Below are positions 13,071-24,076 of a stretch of 41,098 nt of DNA, one piece after another. Position 1 is the first letter of the stretch; each line of letters starts with the position of its first letter. Source of the stretch: Conidiobolus incongruus B7586 (lineage: Eukaryota); contig JNEM01013795.1 in the NCBI GenBank assembly GCA_000697335.1, positions 1 through 41,098 of the forward strand, given 5' to 3'. The notes below the pieces were generated by a model. The model made no database searches, was not told where the DNA came from, and worked only from the letters and a program-made list of their open reading frames with translations. The position numbers and the translations under genes were made by a program.

Positions 13071-13379
13071 TTACCTAGATACTAATGATAGTATTTTTTT
13101 ACATTTGGCAGATTCTCCAGAATCACTAGTATAACAGTAAATTTTTGAGGGACATAAGTGGATCAAATAATCCTCATTACCATCATATTCCAAACATTTA
13201 TGACCATTGGAACGAATTTTAATAGCTTTTTTACATTCAACAGTATTGAAACCATTGCTAGTTTCAACAATATAATGCATCCCCGATCTAACATAAAATA
13301 ATAAATCAGATGATGAACCTGGAAATTGATAATGTTTAATTTTTATTAAAAAAATTATAGTAAGTTCAAAGAGTTTCAT
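13071..13379 (-). CDS. Small cysteine-containing hypothetical protein (102 aa), possibly secreted
   Basis: ATG-initiated ORF in very AT-rich DNA, short hydrophobic N-terminus, 5 Cys; no recognisable domain. Confidence 0.35.
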   Translation of the reverse strand: MKLFELTIIFLIKIKHYQFPGSSSDLLFYVRSGMHYIVETSNGFNTVECKKAIKIRSNGHKCLEYDGNEDYLIHLCPSKIYCYTSDSGESAKCKKILSLVSR

Positions 13380-14559
13380 TATTTAATAATCGAATTGATA
13401 TAGTTTAAAGTAGTCATTCTTCAATTATATATATTTATGTTTTCAAATTTTAAATTTTCGTTTAAGAAAATTTGAATGTAATTGAATCACTTAATCTTAT
13501 GAAATTCAATCAATTTTAGTGATTAATATATTACTGAGGATAAAATAGTTTTAGAACACTCACACTGGAACCTTAAATATTGTTCATAATGGATAAATTC
13601 AATTCAAAATTAATGACCTAAATTGTATTTAATAGAATAATGAATAAGTAGAGTAAATATTTCTATTCACCATTCGTTATTTTGTAATTATTAATTTGTC
13701 AATTGTATGTGATATGGTAAAATTAATAATATTATAGATATAACATAGATACATTTGTAGAAATAACATTGTAGATGATATGATTAAACTAGCACTATGA
13801 CTATATTCTTTTTATGTCTAATTATTTTGTAAAGTATTTATTAATTTCAATAGAATATGAATCATTTTATGAGTTTCAATTATTAATAGCAAATTTAGTG
13901 CCATATAAAAATGAATATCATTTATAAAACTAATAAATGCTTCTTATTATATTTTAGAGTATCTGAATATAAAAATTTAATCATTTATACTGATACTTCA
14001 ATAAAGTAGTAAGAAAACAAGCAAAACTTCTAACCTGAGCTTTAACAAAACTTACACCTTATACATCAGATTGGAGTTTTGCAATATGTCAATCGAGAGA
14101 AGAGTTTCAAAGTCTTAAAATTTTTCATCACATTTTTAACTCTCACTTAAATTTATTCAAATCCTTATGATTCCAACAGTATAACTTTCTTTTCAATTTG
14201 AATTGATATTATGTATTGTTTTAAAATCTATATTGTTGGTATTATTATTAAATATGGAGCAAGATTTTGGAAATTTATCCAATTTAATACTGTTTTCTCA
14301 GTCTTTAACTAAGTGATTATCATATCGAGATAATCTAACCAATAATAATTCAAAGTCAGTAATTTTTCATTAATTTATTAGTAAAAATTTTTATTAAAAA
14401 TCCATTAACAATAACAATAAAAAACACTATTTGAAGTATTTGGATTTATCTAATATCATAGGTATCATTTAATTAAATTATCTTATATATCCCATAATAA
14501 TCTCCCAATAATTAAATACATAAATTCCATTAAGTCATGATTATATCATTAAATTTAAA

Positions 14560-15302
14560 ATGGCTCAACAACTACGCAAACTTTACTATAAATTTTTAAA
14601 AATCAACCTTCCATTCAGTTCCAAACGCTTTGTGGGTGAAGATTTAAGAGGAAATTTTTACTTTGAGGAACATTTTAGTGACGGTTACCCTAGGAGAACT
14701 GTTAAAATTTTGGATCCCAAGGTTGGTAACGATTTGTCCAGTTTGGCAAATGCGCCTATTCCTGGTAAATTTATTGCCAAATATTTTTGATATAGTTGCT
14801 AATTTGGTATCTAGTTCAGTGGACTTCTTGGTTAAGACATACTCGTAACCATCCCCCTACTTTAGAAGTAATCACAGATTATGTTATTTTATTTATTAAA
14901 TTATTAATTTCATTATATTTAGGAATTAATAAATGACGAAATACGTAAACAAAAAACTCTAGAAAATGTGAAACGATTAGAATTAGAATATCAACAAGTA
15001 AAACATTTATTAACATATTATATATTGATAGATATTAATTGATAACTTAGGAGAGGCAAAAATTATTAGAATCGGGTAAAGTTCAAGAAACTCCAAAAGA
15101 AACCAAATCAAGTAATTACAATATTTGTATTTCATAATATTTTTACTAATATATAAACTTTATTAGGTCCGAAATCTCAGTTACCACCAAAAGCTAAACC
15201 AGGTAATATTATATTTATTGATAATCAAAATATAATATTAATTATTATTTTTTAGACGAATTTGAACCTGAAAGTTGGAATCCAATTGCTAAAGAAAAAT
15301 AA
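14560..15302 (+). CDS. NDUFAF2: NDUFA12-family protein, NDUFAF2 (mimitin)-like complex I assembly factor. Exons 14560-14764, 14815-14867, 14923-14997, 15051-15111, 15167-15202, 15256-15302
   Basis: Spliced product contains FVGEDLRGNFYFE, IPVQWTSWLRHTRNHPPTLEEL and C-terminal FEPESWNP. All introns are GT-AG and phase-consistent. Confidence 0.82.
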
Positions 15303-15615
15303 CAACAAATATTTAATAAATTTATTTAATTTTATAAAATAAGGGTATAGGGGATTGGATGATATTTATTGGGTTTTTTAAGGTAATTAAGGTTTTAACA
15401 AATTTAATAAATATTCTTATAATGATGCTAAACAAAAGAGTATCTATTATTGAGTTATCCTTCATTATTACAATAGCTTTTAATTGAACAAATTAATAAT
15501 TTATTCGAAGCTTAAAATACAATTATAAAAATTAAAATTAATAAAAATTACTCTTTCTAAATATTGAACTAAAATTGATGTTAGTAAGTTAAATGATTGA
15601 TTATATAGTAAATTA

Positions 15616-16651
15616 CTATTTGTTGAACTTGGATAGGAAGGCATCTTCTAGCTGAGATTGGGTTACTGATTCATCTGTTAAAGTGTTAATTCTATTATAA
15701 ATAGTGAATTATTAATGTATTGTTACCTGACAAATCGGAATATGGTGACCCTATTGAATTCTCATCATGCTCTAAAAAATTAAAAATTTATCAATAAATC
15801 CAATTAAATACATATATTAAAAACATACCTTGACTATTATCCATTTCACTGCTTTCCACATTCAATTCCAAATTGGTACCCTTAACCCTAAAACTATTGT
15901 GACGATCCTCAAATCCTAAGGCATTCATATCTGAGGACATATGGAGTTTCATCTTGGCAAGTTCTTCACTTAGTTTGTGACTTAGATCTGGTTCAGATAC
16001 ATTCCCAAGCTTGGAATTCAATTCTCGCGATCTAGTCATTGGTGAACTCAAAGGAGTGACGAATGGTGTACTACGTTGGGTTTCTGGATTGAGATGAGCT
16101 TCTAAAAAGCAAATACATTAAAACCAATAATTTCACAATAATATATTCAAAATGTTTTACCATCTACCAACTTAGTCTGCAACTGATTTAAATTCATTAC
16201 CAGTTCTTCCTTCGTATCACTCTCATTATTATTGTTATTATTATCCACATTGTCACCACTTTGATTATTCTTGGGATTCCACTGATTTCTCAACTTCAAT
16301 AGTTGAGCTTCGTATAAAAACGATGCAAATTTAATTAAATATGGAGCTGGTATTTCTAATTCGGAACTTAAATAATTCCCTATTGTGATATTAGTAATAT
16401 GTAAAATATTGTATACTACTGTTATTACAATCGATGTTGCGTCCCTTATTTCTATTTAAATACTCCCATAGCAGTTGCTCTTTGGTCTCGTTCCAAAGGG
16501 TCTAAAAGTCAAATTAATAATAATAACTCAAATTATATAGATGAATTACACAGGGCGGCTCCACAAAATTTTCAGGCCTCCTAATTGGCATTTTAATTAT
16601 GACATATAGAGGTTGGTCTGTATTAGTTGTGATTTGATTGTAGTCGTCCAT
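15616..16651 (-). CDS. ATG29: Autophagy protein Atg29. Exons 16651-16550, 16501-16429, 16379-16161, 16101-15829, 15771-15727, 15674-15616
   Basis: Spliced product: YVIIKMPIRRPENFVEPP..WNETKEQLLWEYL..IDWNYLSSELEIPAPYLIKFASFLYEAQL (Atg29 N-terminal domain pattern) and C-terminal SIGSPYSDLSDESVTQSQLEDAFLS, as in fungal Atg29. Confidence 0.85.
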
Positions 16652-17140
16652 ATTGGTTTTTTATTTTCAGTTATTATTAATTGTTGAATTGGGGACGGCG
16701 TAAATTTGGGAGCTAATAATGAAAATTAGCTGGAAATTTAATTTGTGGGTTAACTTGGAATTATGGTCAGATTTTTGAGATTATTTTGTTGATCGACTTT
16801 AAAAATATTTGGAGATGAATACAATAAGAATTGAAGAATTATTAGTGATATTGCAGAGGGAGTATTCTAATAATTAGTATAAAATTGATAATGACATAAT
16901 GGGAAGTTCAAAATAATATTAAAATTAGTTTAAAATTTATAATATATGAAATATGAAATGCTAGAATTTGAAAAAATTATAAATATCATATTTGAAAAGT
17001 GAAAAATATAAATATGAATAAATCAAAAGAGTAAATATAGAATTGTAAAAAGTTGTTCAAATGATTAATAATTTAATATTGAAAATATATTAAACATAAA
17101 CTATACCATACAAAATTTAATATTTGACAAAGCAATTAAT

Positions 17141-17147
17141 GCTGCTT

Positions 17148-17190
<43 letters not shown>

Positions 17191-17213
17191 GTGTTCAATC
17201 CACGGTGGTGGCA
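17141..17213 (+). tRNA. tRNA-Phe (GAA), intronless
   Basis: Cloverleaf: D arm GCTC/GAGC, anticodon arm TCAGA-CTGAAGA-TCTGA, T arm CCGTG-TTCAATC-CACGG. Acceptor stem is weak. Confidence 0.93.
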
Positions 17214-18318
17214 ATGAAAAATGAATTGTTTATTTAATTTTTTAGATTTAATTATGTTAAATGTTGAAATTGATATTAAAATACTTGAACTATATTTTCT
17301 TCATATTATTTTTAGTTAAATGATTTCATATTCATGTTAAATTTTTCACTTAATTCATAATATTGATTTTTTAAATTCAATAAATCAATTTTAAAAATTA
17401 ATATAAATATTAAGATTCTTTTGATATCTTTTATAATATATAGTATTAACATATTTACATTCTTTATACTATTTTTTTTCTCTTATTGAATTTTTCAAAT
17501 TAATATTTTCGAAATATTCGCACATTAATAATAATAACCAGATTAAATTCACTTTTTGGCATTATAAAATCGAAAAAAGCTACAATTTTGAAGATATATA
17601 ATAGATATAATATCGGTTTTTCCTGTTTCTAGGAAACAATCGAGGTATATAATCCATAGTTATACCAAAATGAATTTGCAATAGAAAAATTGGTTGAATC
17701 GCTCATTCTCTTAACCTCGGCCCATTTTGCACACATCCTATATTTATAATTTTTTGCATTAGCAATCATTTTGTTTTTACTTAACAAATTATACTTTTAG
17801 GGATAAATATCGATTGCTATTAATGTATAACAAAAAAAATTATTAGTTATATGTTGATTGGCTATAATGAATAGTTAATTGAAAATCTATACTATTCTAT
17901 TGTTTTCAATGATTTTTCTATTTAATCAATATGAAAAAAAGAAATATATTTCAATATTTGCAATGTCTCATTAAAAATTAATTTCAAGGATCAACCATGA
18001 TTTCATGTCACCCATAACTTGAAAAAAGAAATAAAATGAATATAAATATTCCATACTCCACAACTAAAAAATAAATTGACAAAAATATTAAATCAAAAAA
18101 AATATTACAAACTTGATCTTTATTATTATTAAACCTTATAAACGTATATTTTGATTCAATTATAATTTTTTGTATATATTTTTGTTTTCACATCTTGGTT
18201 AAAACAAAAATCGAATTTCTAATTTAATTTACTTAACATACTTTCAAATAGTATATTATATTAATAGAGATAGAATTTTTAAAAACATAAAATATTAGAT
18301 ATAAAAATTAAAAAAGAT

Positions 18319-21300
18319 ATGTCGCAACAAACTACCAACGCCGTCAGAATTAGTGAAAGTAATAATGGAAGAGTAGATTCCCCAGTTTGTCAATCCCAAG
18401 AATTACCTACTACCGATCCCGAGTTTCGTCAACAGTTGAAACGACCTAGAACCCATACAAATGATGATATGAATGGTGTTTTAAGCAATAGTGTGATTTC
18501 TGACTTGCCTCAGTGGCAGAAAGTGCTGGAGAAGGCTATTACCGCAATCGTCAGTATTCGTTTTTGTCAGGTAATGGCTTTTGATACAGAAGGTAATAAT
18601 CTATTTAAATATTTTTTGGATTAATTTTAAACTTGGATTTTAGGTCCTTGCTCTTCTGAAGGTACTGGTTTTATTGTGGATGCTGAAAATGGTTTGATTT
18701 TGACTAATCGTCACATCGTTTGTTCTGGTCCTTTCGTTGGAGAAGCTATTGCTCACGATCACGAAGAATTTGAAGTATATCCAGTTTACAGGTATTTCAT
18801 TTGACGTATTTTTAATATCATTTATTAAATTTATTATTCTGATTTAGAGATCCAATCCACGATTTTGGGTAAATGATCAATTGACAATAGCGACAATTGC
18901 AGTGAGCTAATATTTGATTTAGATTTTTAAAATTCAATCCCAAAGATATCAAATACATGGATATTCACCAAATTGATTTACGTCCGGATTTGGCTAAAGT
19001 TGGTATTGATATTCGCGTTGTGGGTAACGACGCTGGTGAAAAGTTGTCTATTTTAGCTGGTTCTATCTCCCGTATCAACCGTAATGCTCCTCACTATGGT
19101 GAGCTAACATATAACGATTTCAATACTTTTTATCTACAAGCTGCTTCCAGTACGAGCGGCGGTAGCTCGGGAAGTCCTGTTCTAAATATTGATGGTCACG
19201 CCGTTGCTTTACAAGCTGGTGGTCGTACTGAAGCCGCTACAGATTTCTTCTTGCCTTTGGATCGTGTTAAGAGGGCTTTAAACTACGTTCGACAAGGTCT
19301 CACAGTTCCCAGAGGAACACTTCAAACTCGCTTTATTCATCGTCCCTTCGACGAAGCTAGAAGATTGGGTCTCAGTGCAGAATACGAAGACAAGATTAGA
19401 AACGCTTTCCCTGACGAAATTGGTACCCTTGTGGCTGAACAAGTATTGCCAAAAGGACCTGCTGATGGTTTGATCAGAGAAAGTGATATTTTAATTTCCA
19501 TTAATGGTAAATTGGTTACAAAATTTGTAGATCTTGAAGAAGTTTTAGATAGTTCTATTGGTGAATTTATTCAACTTGTAGTCGATCGTGGTGGTAAATC
19601 TCATACTGTTGATATTAAGGTTCAGGACCTTCACTTAATTACACCTAATCGTCTTTTGGAAGTTGGAGGTGCTAATTTGAATGATCTATCTTATCAACTT
19701 GCATGTCATTATGGCCAACCTGTCGAAGGTGTATATGTCAGCTCGCCATCTGGTATTTTCAAATTAGGCAATAGTGGAATGGGTGCCATTATTACCTCAG
19801 TAGACGACCACCCTACACCCAATCTGGACACCTTCATTGAAGTGATGAAATCCATTCCAGACTGCAAACGCTTTCCTGTAGTCTACCACTCCATTGCCGA
19901 TGTGCACACTACTGATTGGATTCTTACTGTCATGGATCGCCACTGGTTCAGCATGACTTTATACACCCGAAACGATACCACAGGTATTTGGGACTCTAGC
20001 AAAGTGGGCGAATATGTAGAGCCACTTCCCTTAGTCCCTAAAACTGCTTCATTTGTGGATATCGAAACTCATTCAGTACCTGCTCAAGTTCTTAAATACA
20101 GTGTTGTTCGCATTTCATTCTTTACACCAGTCAAGATTGACGGTTTCCCTCGCAGTCGCACCAGAGGCGGAGGTGTTATTTTAGATGCTGAAAAAGGTTT
20201 AGTCGTAACCAGTCGCAATGTAATTCCCTTCGACATTGGTGATATTTCTATTACCTTTGCAGAATCTATTGTCATTCCTGGTAAAGTTGAATTCCTTCAC
20301 CCTTCCTACAATTTCGCCATTTTGTCATATGATCCTAAATTGATTGGCCAAACTCCAGTCAAGACTCCTAAAATCAGTTCGACGCGCTTATCCCAAGGAA
20401 ATTCAGTATATCTGGTGGGTTTTAACCAGAATTTCAGAGTGTTTGCTACTAAGACTGTCGTTTCTGATATCACTAATGTAACTATTCCTGAAGATTCAAC
20501 TCCCAGATTCCGTAGTATCAATTTGGATACTATTACCTTAGACACCCATTAGCTCACTCATCCTCCACCGGTATTCTTTCTGACGAAGAAGGCAACATTC
20601 AAGGTTTGTGGTTAACTTTTCTCGGAGAGAAATCTAACAACCATTATGACAACGAGTACCATATGGGTATCCATATTCACACAGTACTCCCCGCCCTCAA
20701 ATCTTTGCAAGAAGGCAAATTCCCCCTACTTTACAGTTTGAATGTTGAATTGTCATTTGTTAATCTTGTTCAAGCACGTCACCTTGAACTTCCTGAAGAA
20801 TGGATTTCTCGCATCGAAAATACGGGCGCTACCGAAAGAGTCGTTTATCAAGTTCGACGCACTGAAGCTGGATCCCAATCGTCCCAAGTGTTGCAAACTC
20901 TCGATCTCATCTTGACTCTCAACGGCAAGATCTTATCCAAAATGTCTGATCTTGACGAATTGAGTCACCTTCCAGAATTGGATATCACTGTTCTTAGAGG
21001 AAAGAAGATTCTTGATTTGAAAGTTAAGCAAGATCTCGTCGAAGGCAATGGCACCGATCGAGTGGTCATCTGGGCTGGTACCACCATTCAAGCACCCCAC
21101 AAAGCTGTACTCCAACAGAGTATCACTTTACCAAGTCGCGTCTACATCTCAGGAAGATCCACAGGCGGTCCTGGCTACCATTACGGATTGGTAAATATAA
21201 TATTATTTATTTACTCATTTATTTATTAATCTAAAATTTAGGATGTAACAATGTGGATTACTCACATCAACGATTTACCCACACCCGATTTGGATGCATT

Positions 21301-21548
21301 TGTCCAAGCTATCAAAGATCTCCCCGATAATACTTACGTCCGCGTCCGAATTATGAGTTTCGATGGAATTCCCGGAGTATTTAGCGTGAAGACCAATTAT
21401 CACTACTGGTAAGTTATTCTTCTAAATATTGTTAAATTTTGATATTAACTCTGAAGATTTTAGGCCTACAACCGAGTTGGTTAAAGATCCCACGGAACGT
21501 TTTGGATGGAAGAAAAATCGATTAAACGGAACTGCTATGGAAGAATAA
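18319..21548 (+). CDS. NMA111: Nma111/Ynm3 HtrA-family serine protease with PDZ domains; 1-nt frameshift at ~20546. Exons 18319-18592, 18644-18791, 18848-18868, 18923-21190, 21242-21408, 21464-21548
   Basis: Catalytic triad motifs [15 protein letters not shown] and [26 protein letters not shown]; second protease-like repeat; C-terminal KTNYHYWPT. Confidence 0.93.
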
Positions 21549-21665
21549 TCCAACAATACTATTATTATCATATTTATAATCATCCAACAAATAACCAATA
21601 CTATATATTGATCTTTATCGATTAAAATAAAAATAAAAATTCTGTGGTTTTGATAAATAATTGAT

Positions 21666-23533
21666 TTATTTTCCAATACAAAACGATTTAAATAATTGGT
21701 CCAAAATATGGTCCAAAGTAATTTCCCCAGTTAATTTGCCTATTTCCATAGTTGCTCCTCGTAGATCTTCGACACTGAGTACTGGATCGATGGGTAATAA
21801 TTCTAAATCATTTTATTAGTATTAAATGAATAGTTGATTACATGGTTAACTACGTATAAAATGCTCTAATTTTTCAACAGCTCTACTAATTAATAATTTA
21901 TGACGCGTTTGAGTGATTACTAAACTGTTGCTGCCTAGAACATTGTCGTATCTGATATCATTGATTTAATAGTGCAATTATATAATGATTGGAATATACT
22001 TACTCAAGTTCAAATTTCTGTTTCAAATGATTTAACACATCGTTCAACCCTTGTTGTGTTTCGCACGACACGTTAAAACTTGGTATGGAATCTAATTGGG
22101 ATTGGGGTAGTCTATTATTTTGATAGAGGTCGGATTTGTTATTGAGAATTATTGTATTAGATTTGTATTCCTCAAGAGAGAATTTAGAATATAGTGATTG
22201 AATGTATTGGTCCTTATCTATAGAATTGAGTTTGGTACCATCGAGTACTAATAGGTTGAAATCGGCTTCTTTGGCTCTAGAATCAGTGTTAACTAAATAT
22301 TTGAATAATATATTAAATTCATTTTACTGTTTGAGAGCTCTTTTCATTCCTTCAACTTCAATTATATCGTCAGAATCTCTAAGACCTGCAGTGTCGACTA
22401 TGATCACTGGAAATCCACCAATTTCAACTCTTACTTCTACCAAATCTCGAGTGGTACCGGCTATTGGCGATACAATTGCAGCTTCTCTCTTTACTATAAA
22501 CAATCGTCAACTTATATTACAAGAGTGAATTTGATGTGTTAATTACCTAGCCAGTTGAGCAAACTACTCTTACCTGCGTTAGGTGGTCCCAAAATAGCCA
22601 ACTTGATACCTTCTCTCAAAATTTCGCCCTTCCTACCATCTTCCAAATGAGACTTGAGGTCTTTAATTAAATCGGTAGCCAATTGGTGACAAGTTTCCAA
22701 TAGTGTTGGATCCAATTGCTCGTCCTCACTGAAATCGATCCAAGCTTCCAGTTGGGATAGTATGTCAATGATACTGTATCGCCATTTTTGGTAGAGTTGG
22801 CCAAGTTCACCCTAATAAAAAATGAATACCATTTTCTTTGAGGAATTTTTTAAAGCTGTTACTTCACTCTGTTTCAAAGCCAATTTCCTCTGTACTTCGG
22901 TTTCAGCATCCAACAAATCTGCAAGACCTTCAACTTGTGTCAAATCTAATTTGCCATTGAAGAATGATCTAAAGCAGCCACGATCAATACAATATCCTAA
23001 CAAAATCCAAACAAAATACCTTTTAGTAAATTCACCACTTTCAGCACTTCGAAAATATTCAAAAGTACTCAAAACTTCTAGCAATTTTCTAACAATTGCT
23101 ACACTTCCATGCACGTGAAACTCCACAACATTCTCTCCCGTGAAACTGTTGGGCTCCTGAAATTTTACGATCATGCCTCTATCAATCAAACTCGAGTTGC
23201 TAGGGTCGTAAATTGGCGTATATGTCAACTTTCCGTGTTGGAATTTTTCTAAAGGCTTTGAAGTTAAGCTGGATATACACTAGGTTTGTAATTAAAAATA
23301 CTTGTAACTATTAACTATTAGAATCATTTTACCTCGAAAGCTTTCGCTCCAGATACTCTAATTACACTCACACCACATTTGCCTTTCCCCGATGTTACCG
23401 CAAATATTGTAGATCTGGAATCATATGTCAAAGAAGAATAATTTCTAATCAAATTTTTATGTAAAATATGATTATTTAATTTGATTTGGTTAATCCTATT
23501 AATTTTTAGATTAGTTAATAGTCTATTCATCAT
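21666..23533 (-). CDS. MSS1: Mitochondrial tRNA-modification GTPase MSS1/GTPBP3 (MnmE/TrmE), 8 exons
   Basis: Presequence-like N-terminus; [47 protein letters not shown] and terminal FCIGK-stop. Splices cleanly via GT-AG introns. Confidence 0.95.
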
Positions 23534-24076
23534 CTTTATTATATTTTATTGGAGTGGAATTTTAGTTAAAATTAATAAATATTGGAATTTATTAATTTCA
23601 AATTGTGGTTACTGTGGAAATTGAACCCTGTCAATTAAAATTGATGGAAAAGGATGGAATAATATTTGTTAAACTTTGAACTTTGAATATTTTTTGTTTT
23701 ATATATTTAATTATTTGATTTGTATAATGATATTAATCATTATTTTTAATAAATTCATGATAATTCAAAATTTGAGAATGATAATAAATATTAGAAATGT
23801 ATATTTGGTTCAAATTTCAATTAGTAATTTTGAGTCTTTAAATATAAAGTAACAAAATAAGACACTTATTTTCGAAAAAATAATAGATCATAAGCATAAT
23901 TGTGACAATTTATTAAAGAGAAATCAAAGTGGCTAAATATTCGGGTATATTACTACATTTACCTTTGAAATTTATGCTCAGCCACATTCATTAAATGCTA
24001 AATGGTGTATATAAACCAAATTGAATTCTTAATACAAATGCTCTAAAGTCACTCTCTGCTTATTGATATTAAGATA

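Noticed and set aside
16868..16897. Upstream ATG and branch/acceptor-like TACTAATTATTAG before ATG29
   Set aside because: The ATG at 16897 stops after 7 codons. It may be a 5'-UTR intron acceptor, but that cannot be supported without transcripts.
18848..18868. 21-nt NMA111 micro-exon carrying the catalytic Asp
   Set aside because: Canonical GT-AG flanks, and tiny exons are common in this window; no evidence of special regulation.
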